From a virus (Duplodnaviria; Caudoviricetes): a stretch of DNA of 30,252 bases. The stretch spans positions 1 to 30,252 of the IMG/VR virus record IMGVR_UViG_3300015050_001160, one strand, 5' to 3'. The notes under the pieces are model-generated. The model saw only the letters and a list, made by a program, of their open reading frames with translations. It made no database searches and was not told the origin of the DNA. The position numbers and the translations under genes were made by a program. Shown here in pieces: positions 16,652 to 24,046 of this stretch (position 1 is the first letter of the stretch; each line of letters begins with the position of its first letter).

Positions 16652-19240
16652 TTGGCCATCTCTTCGAGCACCCGCAAGGCCGGGCCGTTTCTCGGCAACG
16701 ACGCCACGACGGTTTTCCCGTTCGCGTTCAAGGTCTTCACCGCCGCCGACCTGCTTGTCGTCAACACCGACCATCTCGGTGTTGAGAGCGACTTGGTGCT
16801 CGACGTCGACTACACGGTGTCCTTGAACTCGAACCAGGACAACGACCCGGGCGGCTCCGTCACCCTGACTGACGCCTTGCCCACCGACGAACGGCTCACC
16901 ATCGCCTCGGACGTGCCGGCCCTCCAAACGCTGGTGCTGACGAACAACGGCGGCTTCTACCCGGGCGTCATCAACGACGCCTTTGACAAGATCACCATCA
17001 TCGCCCAGCAGCTGCAGGAGCAGGTCGACCGCTCGCTGAAACTGCCGATCAGCTCGACGGCCAGCGCCACGCTGCCCGACCCGGTCGCCAACTCGATCCT
17101 CGCCTGGAACTCCGAAGCCGACGGCTTCGCCAACGTGGCCCCGACGGACCTGGTCACGGTGGCCGCCTATTCCGACGCCCGTGTCGACCTGTTCGACGGA
17201 GACGGCGTCGAAACCGAGTTCGTGCTTGACTTCAACCCGGGCGTCCTGGCCAACCTGGACATCTCCATCAGCGGTGTCGTGCAAGTTCCCGGCGAAGATT
17301 TCACCTGGATCGGCACCACCGTCACCTTCACGACCGCACCACCAAACGGCACGGTCATCATGGTGCGCTACGCCCGACCGCTGCCGCCTGTCGGTTTGAG
17401 CGAGGCGATTGCCGAAGCCGTCGCCGCGGGCGAAGCAGCCATCGCCGCGGCCATCGAAGCCTTCGTGACGGGCAGCGTCGAGTTCACAGCCCCGCTGCTT
17501 GTGGGCGACTACAGCACGGGGTCGTCGGACCCCGGTGTCGTCGTGTCCCGAAACCTGTTCGACGACAGCACGACCTCGGGTCATGGTTTCGTCGCGGCCG
17601 ATTATTTCCGGCGCGACGGAAACGCGTCGTATAACGCTTTCGACGCCGCGACCACCATGATCGGCTTCGGCTTCGATCACTGGGCTGGCTTCCAAGACCG
17701 GCCGTCTTTCCAGGCCTCGTCTGTTGGCCAGGTCATGGCCGATATGTACGGCCTGTTCTCCAAGCCCGCGATTGACGCAGGGGCCGTAACACGCAGGCAT
17801 GGTGTTTATGTCGCGGCCCCTACGCTTTCGGGCGGCGGCACTATCGGCACCCAGCACGGCGTCTACATCGAAGCCTTGACGGACGCGGCGGCAAACTGGG
17901 CGATCTATACAGCAGGCGCGACCCCGTCGTATTTCGGCGGCGCTGTCACGCTCAACGCCGGTATCGCGGGCGGCTTTACGGCTGCGTCTGGATTGTTCTC
18001 TGTTGACACCGACGGCATCGCCACCGTCGGGGATTATGGCGGCGGATCTTCCGACCCCGGCATGGTCATCAGCCGTGACATGTTCGACGGCAGCATTGTC
18101 AGCGGCCACGGGTTCGTTGAGGCGTCCTACTTCCGGCGCGGGGGCACGTCCGCCTTCGCCGCCTTCGACGCCCTTACGACGATGGCTGGCTTCGGCTTCG
18201 ACCACTGGGCGGCGTTCCAAGACCGTGGCGCGTGGCAACCGTCGTCCGGCGCTCAGGTCATGAACGACATGTTCGGGCTGTTCTCCAAGCCGTCGCTGGA
18301 TGCCGGGACCGTGACCCGCCGATACGGTGCCTACGTTGCGGCTCCGACGATTACGGGCGGCGGGGCGATTACCACGCAGTACGGCTACTACGCCGAAGCC
18401 TTGACGGCTGGCGCGACCAACTGGGCCTTCTACGCTGACGGCACGACGCCCTCTTACTTCGGCGGCGCGGTAACCCTGAACGGTGGCGTCACGGGCCGCA
18501 TCACGCAGACCCTCTCGGCCAACACGGCGGGCTTCACGACCACGGGCTATTCGCTGACCGGGTCGAACGCTCAGACCCTGATGGACCTGGCGGGGACGTG
18601 GAACACCTCCGCTGCCGCGCGCGTCCTGAACATCTCCATCACCAACACGGCGTCCGCTGCGACTTCCACCCTGCTTCGCGCGGCGGTCAACACGGTTGCT
18701 CAGTTCGCGGTGGACGTGACCGGCAACCTGTACGCCTTCGGCAAGGGCAGCATCGGCACCACCAGCACCACGACCGCCGTCAACATCGCGGGCGCGCCGA
18801 ACGACAACGCTGGCATGGTGAAGATCCAGGCGTCCAGCACGGCGGACAACGCGGGCATCACCCTCTTCGGCCGTGCGTCCGGTGGTGCGACCAACGCCCG
18901 CAACTGGCAGCTCGCCAACAACTACTCGGGTACTGGCAACCTCGACATTTTCCGCAGCACGTCCAACACCGGCAACCCGACCACGCACGTCGCCTCGTTC
19001 GATCTGAACGGTAACTTCGGGGTTGGGATCGTCCTCCCCTCCCAGAAGTTGCACGTCGACGGAGCCGTCAAGCTCAAGGTCTACACGGTGGCCACGCTGC
19101 CAACCGGCTCGGCCGGCTCGGAAGCCTGGGTGTCCGACGCCACCGCGACGCTGACCGCAGGCATTGGCACCGTCGTCACGGGCGGCGGCAGTAACACCGT
19201 CCCCGTCGGCCACGATGGCACCAACTGGCGGATCGGCTGA
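16652..19240 (+). CDS. Tail fibre / receptor-binding protein
   Basis: TTG start with GGAG RBS. N-terminal podoviral tail-anchor pattern (AGPF.GN..TT.FPF.FKVF...DL.V...D..T...QQL.E...RSL). Gly/Thr/Ala-rich beta-type body with GN.G.G...PSQKLHV.G motif. Confidence 0.88.
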   Translation: MAISSSTRKAGPFLGNDATTVFPFAFKVFTAADLLVVNTDHLGVESDLVLDVDYTVSLNSNQDNDPGGSVTLTDALPTDERLTIASDVPALQTLVLTNNGGFYPGVINDAFDKITIIAQQLQEQVDRSLKLPISSTASATLPDPVANSILAWNSEADGFANVAPTDLVTVAAYSDARVDLFDGDGVETEFVLDFNPGVLANLDISISGVVQVPGEDFTWIGTTVTFTTAPPNGTVIMVRYARPLPPVGLSEAIAEAVAAGEAAIAAAIEAFVTGSVEFTAPLLVGDYSTGSSDPGVVVSRNLFDDSTTSGHGFVAADYFRRDGNASYNAFDAATTMIGFGFDHWAGFQDRPSFQASSVGQVMADMYGLFSKPAIDAGAVTRRHGVYVAAPTLSGGGTIGTQHGVYIEALTDAAANWAIYTAGATPSYFGGAVTLNAGIAGGFTAASGLFSVDTDGIATVGDYGGGSSDPGMVISRDMFDGSIVSGHGFVEASYFRRGGTSAFAAFDALTTMAGFGFDHWAAFQDRGAWQPSSGAQVMNDMFGLFSKPSLDAGTVTRRYGAYVAAPTITGGGAITTQYGYYAEALTAGATNWAFYADGTTPSYFGGAVTLNGGVTGRITQTLSANTAGFTTTGYSLTGSNAQTLMDLAGTWNTSAAARVLNISITNTASAATSTLLRAAVNTVAQFAVDVTGNLYAFGKGSIGTTSTTTAVNIAGAPNDNAGMVKIQASSTADNAGITLFGRASGGATNARNWQLANNYSGTGNLDIFRSTSNTGNPTTHVASFDLNGNFGVGIVLPSQKLHVDGAVKLKVYTVATLPTGSAGSEAWVSDATATLTAGIGTVVTGGGSNTVPVGHDGTNWRIG
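17501..18490 (+). repeat. Internal tandem duplication in tail fibre, period 525 nt (175 aa)
   Basis: VGDYSTGSSDPG...TPSYFGGAVTLN starts at 17501 and VGDYGGGSSDPG...TPSYFGGAVTLN starts at 18026. The copies align without gaps. Confidence 0.95.
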
Positions 19241-19245
19241 CCGGC

Positions 19246-19273
19246 TTGCGGCAGACGGCACTTGCTGTATCTT
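19246..19273 (+). promoter_or_regulatory. Candidate sigma70-type promoter ahead of the lysis cassette
   Basis: TTGCGG-N16-TATCTT in an AT-richer intergenic gap, upstream of an AAGGA RBS and ATG 19308. Confidence 0.35.
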
Positions 19274-19307
19274 GCACCCTCTTCTCAACTCCAAGGACAC
19301 ATAAGAC

Positions 19308-19514
19308 ATGCTCACTCCCCAGATCGCGCAGGACACCCTGGCCTTCCTCCACCGCGTGGACCTGAAGGGCGGCGAGGCCCCGGCCTTCATCAACTGCATC
19401 TACGCTCTGAACCAGGTGGTCTCGCAGGCCGGCGCTGCGCCTGCCGCCGCCCCGGCCGCCGCCCCGGTCGCCAAGAAGCCCGCGGCCAAGAAGCCCGCGA
19501 AAACCCCGGCCTAG
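19308..19514 (+). CDS. Small hypothetical protein with Ala/Lys/Pro-rich tail
   Basis: AAGGA RBS, ATG start, good codon bias, 68 aa. Confidence 0.8.
   Translation: MLTPQIAQDTLAFLHRVDLKGGEAPAFINCIYALNQVVSQAGAAPAAAPAAAPVAKKPAAKKPAKTPA
19443..19499 (+). repeat. Short coding tandem repeats (12 nt x2 and 15 nt x2)
   Basis: GCCGCCGCCCCG x2 (19443-19466) and GCCAAGAAGCCCGCG x2 (19470-19499), encoding AAAP and AKKPA repeats. Confidence 0.9.
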
Positions 19515-19519
19515 ACCCT

Positions 19520-19852
19520 GTGACCCCGAGCGCGCCCGTGACCCTCGAAACTCTTCCCCTGCTTTCCTTGGGGTTGGCCATCCTTGTCCAGACGGCTGTC
19601 GTCGCCTTCTTCGGGGGAAAGATCTCACAGCGCATGACCTCGGCCGAAAAGCGGCTGGGCGAGCAGGACAACAAGCTCGAAACCAAGCTCGGGGATCACT
19701 CTCTGCTGGTCGAAAAAGTCGTTCGTCTCCAGGTCCAGATGGAGCACTCCAACACCACGCTCGACAGGATGGGGCACACCCTTGAGGGGGTGAACCGCCA
19801 GCTCGGCAACATCGCGATGGGCCGCGTTGGCCACGGTGGAGAGATGTCATGA
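19520..19852 (+). CDS. Single-TM plus coiled-coil membrane protein (holin/antiholin-like)
   Basis: Probable GTG start at 19520 (or 19538). Hydrophobic LLSLGLAILVQTAVVAFFGG followed by a heptad-rich segment. ATGA overlap with the next gene. Confidence 0.6.
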   Translation: MTPSAPVTLETLPLLSLGLAILVQTAVVAFFGGKISQRMTSAEKRLGEQDNKLETKLGDHSLLVEKVVRLQVQMEHSNTTLDRMGHTLEGVNRQLGNIAMGRVGHGGEMS

Positions 19853-20127
19853 CGCCGCCCAAGCGCAACTACGAGACGCTCGACGCCATCGTGGTGGTCG
19901 GCGCGATGTTCATCGTCGGCGGCGGGATCGCGGGGTTGATGGTCCTGACCGTCCCCGGCGAGAACCTGGCCGTCGTCTCGGGTCTGCTCGGCGGGTTGTC
20001 GGGCACGATCCTGGGCGGCTATATTGGCTTCCGGTTCGGGGCTTCCGTGCCCAACGGCAAGCCCCAAGCCGTCGAAGTCGTGAACCGCGCCGGAGATCCG
20101 GTGCCTGTCGAGGAAGCCAAGCCGTGA
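19849..20127 (+). CDS. Two-TM holin-like protein
   Basis: 92 aa with two hydrophobic segments and a GYIGFRFGAS motif. GGAG RBS. Directly upstream of the endolysin. Confidence 0.7.
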   Translation: MTPPKRNYETLDAIVVVGAMFIVGGGIAGLMVLTVPGENLAVVSGLLGGLSGTILGGYIGFRFGASVPNGKPQAVEVVNRAGDPVPVEEAKP

Positions 20128-20690
20128 CCCAAGCCGCCGACAATGAAGAGTTCGTCAAGGCCGCGCAGGCGTGGCTCGGCGTGAAGGTCGACGGCTGGGC
20201 CGGCGGCGATACCCTGGCCGCCTTCCTGGAGAAGACCGGCCGCACTGTTCTGGCGCAGCCCGCGCAGGCTCCCGCTCTTACCGTGCGCGGGAAAGAGAAG
20301 CTGACCGGCGTTCACCCCAACCTGGTCCGCGTGGTCGAACGCGCTTTCCAGCTTACGCAGCAGGACTTCATGGTGCTTGAAGGCGTTCGCACGCCCGAGC
20401 GCCAGGCCGAGCTGTATGCGCAAGGCCGCACCAAGCCCGGCCAGAAGGTGACGTGGACGCTGAAGTCCAACCATTTCAAAAACCCGACGACAGGCTTCGG
20501 GCACGCGGTCGACTTGGTCCCGTTCCCGGTCGACTGGTCGCACGAAAAGCTGGGCGTAGTTTCCAAGGCTATGTTCGCCGCCGCGAAAGAGCTGGGCATC
20601 GCGATCCGGTGGGGCGCGGATTGGGATCGAGACGGAAACCCCCGTGAAAAAGGCGAAACCGACAGCCCGCATTTCGAGCTGTTTCTGTAG
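20124..20690 (+). CDS. Endolysin, M15-family (L-Ala-D-Glu type) peptidase with short N-terminal peptidoglycan-binding-like segment
   Basis: GTGA overlap at 20124. LGVKVDG..G..T; L.GVHP.L..VV..A; EG.RT.ERQ..LY.QGRT; SNH...HAVDL; RWG.DW; DSPHFEL. Confidence 0.9.
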   Translation: MTQAADNEEFVKAAQAWLGVKVDGWAGGDTLAAFLEKTGRTVLAQPAQAPALTVRGKEKLTGVHPNLVRVVERAFQLTQQDFMVLEGVRTPERQAELYAQGRTKPGQKVTWTLKSNHFKNPTTGFGHAVDLVPFPVDWSHEKLGVVSKAMFAAAKELGIAIRWGADWDRDGNPREKGETDSPHFELFL

Positions 20691-20700
20691 GAGCCGAACC

Positions 20701-21012
20701 TTGAAGAACCCCTTCCCCCTCCGCACCTGGCTCATCGCCGCCGCGGTCGTGCTGCTGCTCCTGGCGCTGCTGTCCTGGCGTGGAGCCTGCACCGCGCGCG
20801 ACCAGGCCAAGGACCAGGCCACCATCGCCGACGGGCGCACGGCCACCGCGGTCGAGACGCTCGACATCGTCACTCAGAACGCGGCGGCCGACGCCGGCAC
20901 CCAACACCAGATCGAGGAGGCCCAAGATGCGGTTCGACAAGCTGATCCTGCTGACCGTGAGCGCGTTGCTCGTTGCGAGCTGCGCAAGCTCCAGGGTCTC
21001 GGCACCTGCTGA
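20701..21012 (+). CDS. Inner-membrane spanin (Rz-like)
   Basis: AGGAG RBS and TTG start at 20701. N-terminal TM (WLIAAAVVLLLLALLSW), helical periplasmic region, C-terminal Cys residues. Confidence 0.8.
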   Translation: MKNPFPLRTWLIAAAVVLLLLALLSWRGACTARDQAKDQATIADGRTATAVETLDIVTQNAAADAGTQHQIEEAQDAVRQADPADRERVARCELRKLQGLGTC

Positions 21013-21250
21013 AGGCTGCTCGGTCTTCGGCGAGGCGATCCTCGGCACCGAAGTCGGACACGCCACGCTCGCTGACAGCGGAGATCCGCTGACGGACTGG
21101 CGCAACTACGGCCTCGATGAAACCGGCCGCCTGACGCAAGCGGAGCGGGACAAGAAGGACGGCCTGGCCGTCATCAAGATGTGCGAAGCTCGCGACCAGC
21201 GCGCTTACCGCAGGATCAACGCGCCTTTCTGGCAGTTCTGGAACCGATAA
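20927..21250 (+). CDS. Outer-membrane lipoprotein spanin (Rz1-like)
   Basis: GAGGAGG RBS and ATG 20927. Signal peptide with lipobox LVAS-C. Overlaps the 3' end of the i-spanin in another frame. Confidence 0.82.
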   Translation: MRFDKLILLTVSALLVASCASSRVSAPAEGCSVFGEAILGTEVGHATLADSGDPLTDWRNYGLDETGRLTQAERDKKDGLAVIKMCEARDQRAYRRINAPFWQFWNR

Positions 21251-21251
21251 G

Positions 21252-21878
21252 ATGACCACCCTAGTCCCCGAAAACATGCTCGCCGACGGCGGTGCCTACG
21301 CCACCTCGGCCGAGGTGCTGGCGCTCGCCAACATCATCTGCCCCATCGGCACGGTGATCGAGTATGCCGGCGCGACCGAACCCGCTGTCGTGCAGGGGGT
21401 GACCTGGGTCTTCCCCTACGGCCAAGCAGTCAGCCGCACGACCTACGCCACGCTCTTCGCGCGGCTGGGCGTGGCCCACGGTGCAGGCAACGGTACGACC
21501 ACCTTCAACCTGCCGGATCGCCGGGGCCGCGTGGCCGTCGGCCAGGACGACATGGGTGGAACGTCGGCCAACCGGATCACCGCCGCGGTCGCGGGCTTCG
21601 ACGGCGACGTGCTCGGCGCGGTCGGCGGCGACGAGCGGCTGCACCAGCACGCGCACGCGGTCACGGACCCAGGCCACGTCCACCTGATCTCGCCGCCCTC
21701 TTCCAGCGACACCACGTCGTCGGGCGCGACGGCTACGGGTACGGGGGGTGTCGAAACGGTGACGCCCTATAACAGCGGCAGCGCCACCACCGGGCTGACG
21801 GTGGACAACGCGGGCGCGGGCGCGAGCCAGAACGTGCAGCCGTCCATCGTTCAGAACTTCCTGATCCGTATTCTGTAA
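21252..21878 (+). CDS. Phage tail-collar domain protein
   Basis: PIGTVI.YAG...P...W....GQAVSRTTYA.LFA.LG..HG.G.G.TTFNLPD.RGRV.VG, H.H...DPGH.H and N.QP.....F.IR motifs. Confidence 0.9.
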   Translation: MTTLVPENMLADGGAYATSAEVLALANIICPIGTVIEYAGATEPAVVQGVTWVFPYGQAVSRTTYATLFARLGVAHGAGNGTTTFNLPDRRGRVAVGQDDMGGTSANRITAAVAGFDGDVLGAVGGDERLHQHAHAVTDPGHVHLISPPSSSDTTSSGATATGTGGVETVTPYNSGSATTGLTVDNAGAGASQNVQPSIVQNFLIRIL

Positions 21879-21914
21879 ACGAGAAGGGCCGCCCCTACAC
21901 GAAGGGCGGCCCTT
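21878..21914 (-). terminator. Intrinsic terminator hairpin, minus strand favoured (possibly bidirectional)
   Basis: Minus RNA: AAGGGCCGCCCUU-cgugu-AGGGGCGGCCCUU then CUCGUUU. This is a 13-bp stem with one G-U on minus versus 11 bp on plus. Confidence 0.7.
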
Positions 21915-21992
21915 GAATACCGAATGGGTGGCTTTAGCACCTAGTTCATGGTCCTGCTCCCTGTCCTTCTTGCGTCGCTTTCGATCAGCAGA
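21878..21992 (-). ncRNA. Candidate ~110-nt small RNA / minigene (AUG-AAC-UAG) transcript
   Basis: Lies between a predicted promoter (22027-21999) and a terminator (21914-21878). Carries GGAG-N7-ATG AAC TAG at 21949-21941. Confidence 0.4.
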
Positions 21993-21998
21993 ACCTGG

Positions 21999-22027
21999 AA
22001 CGTGGACCCGGGCGAAAAGGGTGTCAA
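21999..22027 (-). promoter_or_regulatory. Candidate sigma70 promoter
   Basis: Perfect TTGACA (22027-22022), 17-nt spacer, degenerate -10 CACGTT (22004-21999), T-tract upstream. Confidence 0.5.
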
Positions 22028-22030
22028 CCC

Positions 22031-22086
22031 AAAAAAAGCGCAGGCCCGGCACGCGGAAGGACAAGTAACGCGCGCCGGGCCTGTGT
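22031..22086 (-). terminator. Intrinsic terminator of the replication arm
   Basis: Minus RNA: CAGGCCCGGCGCGCG-uuacuuguccuuc-CGCGUGCCGGGCCUG then CGCUUUUUUU (15-bp stem, U7 tail). Confidence 0.8.
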
Positions 22087-22179
22087 TCGCGATGGCTGGT
22101 TAATACCGCCGTCGCTCATCCCGCGGCCCCGTCTCCCGGGAGGCCGCGAGGCCAGTCGTCACCCTACCACGGGCCGGGG

Positions 22180-22437
22180 CTAGATCAAGCCGAGCGCAGA
22201 GAGGTACAGGTCGATGACCGCTTCCTCTTCCTGCCGCTTGGCCTTGTCCATGTCCGCGATGCGGATGACCTTGCGCAGGATCTTGGTGTCGAAGCCCTCG
22301 CCCTTGGCCTCGGCGAAGACCTCCTTGATGTCGGCCTGCACCGCGGCCTTGTCTTCGTTCAGGCGCTGTACGCGCTCCACGAAACCGCGGAGGCGGCCTT
22401 GGGCGTTCTCGCCCATCACTTCGGTGTCGTCGGTCAT
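22180..22437 (-). CDS. gapR: GapR-like (DUF2312/UPF0335) nucleoid-associated protein
   Basis: AQG.L...VER..RL..DK.....DIKEV.AEAKG.GFD.K.LRKV.RI...D.AKRQEE.A..DLYLSA.G matches the Caulobacter GapR family as I recall it. GAGGA RBS. Confidence 0.92.
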   Translation of the reverse strand: MTDDTEVMGENAQGRLRGFVERVQRLNEDKAAVQADIKEVFAEAKGEGFDTKILRKVIRIADMDKAKRQEEEAVIDLYLSALGLI

Positions 22438-23855
22438 GTGGTGTTCCTCTTCATGGCGTCGAGCAGGATCTGCTGGACGCTTCGCTTGGTGGTTAGCCGG
22501 TCTAGTACGAGTTCATCCACGGTGCCGGCGGCCAGGATATAGTGGACATAGACGGCGCGCTTCTTGCCCGCCTGCTGTTGGCGCATCGGGCCGACGCGCT
22601 CGATGATCTGGTCGTGCTCTTCCAGGTTCCAGTTCAGGCCGAAGAAGGCGACGATGTTGCAATGCTCCTGGAGCCCGTCGACCCCGTGGCCCAGAGAGGC
22701 CGGGTGAGCAAACCAAACTCGGCCCTCGCCGCTCTTAGCGCGGCGCAGGCCAGCTGACGTTGAGAGGTCGATGCCTCCGGGGAAGGCGCGCTGCAGGCGT
22801 TCGAGGTCGTGGCGGAAGTTGTAGGCGACGAGCACCGGGGCTCCAGCGGCTTCCTCGACCACACTCTCCAGGGCGTCCAGTTTGGCTCCGTGGACTTCGT
22901 GCCAGGCCTTGTTCTCTTCGTTGTCATAGATCGCTCCGTTAGCCAGCTGCAGGCATTTGCCCGTTCGTGCGGCGGCGTTGCCCGCCTCGATGCCGACCGC
23001 CTTGATCTCGGTCCACATCTTCCTTTCCATCTCGCGGTAGTGGCTGCGCGCCTTGGCGGGCAGCTCGACCCTGATCTCGTTGAACAGGGGCTTCTCGACA
23101 GGCACCTCGGTGGTCAGGCAGATGTCGCGGATCTTCTCTTCGATCTCGGCCTGGGCAAAGGGCAGGGGGTCGATGCCGTGGCCGTCGAACGACCGCTGGA
23201 ACCACCGCTCCTTGAAGCTCTCGTAGGTCCGGCCGAGGCGCTGGCCGGCGTCGAGGAACCAGCCCTGGCCCCACAGGTCTTGCAGCCCGTTCGGCGACGG
23301 TGTGCCCGTCAGGTTGATCCAGCGCGGCGTGCGGTGGGCGACGCGGCCGATGGCCCTGGCGCGCTCTGACCCTGCACCCTGGTAGAATACCTTGCCGGTG
23401 GTCGGGTGCGTGCGGAACCCGCCCCTGAAGCTCTTGAGCTTGGTGCTCTCGTCGGCGATCACGACGCCGAAGGGCCAGGCCCCGTCCAGCTTCTCGATCA
23501 GCCACGGCAGGTTCTCGTAGTTGATGGTGGCCAGAGGGCTGTTTCCGCGCCGCACAGCGGCAAGAGCCGCCAGCCGGTCGCTCGGTGAACCGAGGATCGT
23601 CTCGACGCTCCATGCGGCGCAGAAGTCCCACTTCCTGACCTCGTCGGGCCAGGTGTGTTCGGCCACCCGCTTCGGCGCGATCACGAGCGCGGGCCGTGTG
23701 ACCTCCCCACAGAGGTGCAGCAGGTCGAGCGCGGCCAGCGTCGCCGAGGTCTTGCCGGTGCCCATGCCCGCCCACTGGCCGGCGCGCACAGTCTCGCAGA
23801 CGTGGTCGATCATCGCCGGTTGCCACGGCCGGGGGACGTATTCGCGAGACGTCAC
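22434..23855 (-). CDS. SNF2-family (SF2) DNA helicase
   Basis: GTGA overlap start at 23855. PRPWQ, GMGTGKT (Walker A), LVIAP, IADEST (Walker B), LTGTP, HP.S.GHG..LQ motifs. Confidence 0.92.
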   Translation of the reverse strand: MTSREYVPRPWQPAMIDHVCETVRAGQWAGMGTGKTSATLAALDLLHLCGEVTRPALVIAPKRVAEHTWPDEVRKWDFCAAWSVETILGSPSDRLAALAAVRRGNSPLATINYENLPWLIEKLDGAWPFGVVIADESTKLKSFRGGFRTHPTTGKVFYQGAGSERARAIGRVAHRTPRWINLTGTPSPNGLQDLWGQGWFLDAGQRLGRTYESFKERWFQRSFDGHGIDPLPFAQAEIEEKIRDICLTTEVPVEKPLFNEIRVELPAKARSHYREMERKMWTEIKAVGIEAGNAAARTGKCLQLANGAIYDNEENKAWHEVHGAKLDALESVVEEAAGAPVLVAYNFRHDLERLQRAFPGGIDLSTSAGLRRAKSGEGRVWFAHPASLGHGVDGLQEHCNIVAFFGLNWNLEEHDQIIERVGPMRQQQAGKKRAVYVHYILAAGTVDELVLDRLTTKRSVQQILLDAMKRNTT

Positions 23856-24046
23856 TTGAACCTGTGCTTCCTGCTCTTCGAGCCTCGGCCGATGTGCCAT
23901 TTGCGGCAGCACGGGCAGCGGTAGACCTCGACGTTCTTGCCGAAGCGGCCCATGTTCCGCGCCGCGCGGGCGGCGTGAGCGCCGCTGTCGAAGGGCTCCT
24001 TGCCGCCACAGGCGGTGCCATTGGGGTCGACGGCGTCACGGGACAT
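23852..24046 (-). CDS. Small zinc-finger-like phage protein
   Basis: C.GK..F.S...A...A......YRCP.C..WHIG pattern. GGAG RBS. Tight overlaps with neighbours. Confidence 0.8.
   Translation of the reverse strand: MSRDAVDPNGTACGGKEPFDSGAHAARAARNMGRFGKNVEVYRCPCCRKWHIGRGSKSRKHRFK

Noticed and set aside
21948-22103. 51-aa plus-strand ORF (MVLLPVLLASL...) in the convergent intergenic region
   Set aside because: No RBS, atypical codons, and it overlaps promoter/terminator elements that explain the sequence. Not fully excluded as a small toxin-like peptide.
16652-22179. Diversity-generating retroelement, expected from the BPP-1-like layout
   Set aside because: No reverse transcriptase or Avd gene and no TR/VR pair. 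The tail-fibre repeat is in-frame and its differences are not adenine-specific.
21879-22179. tRNA or attP site in the intergenic region
   Set aside because: No cloverleaf or T-loop consensus, no integrase in the window, and no recognisable att core.
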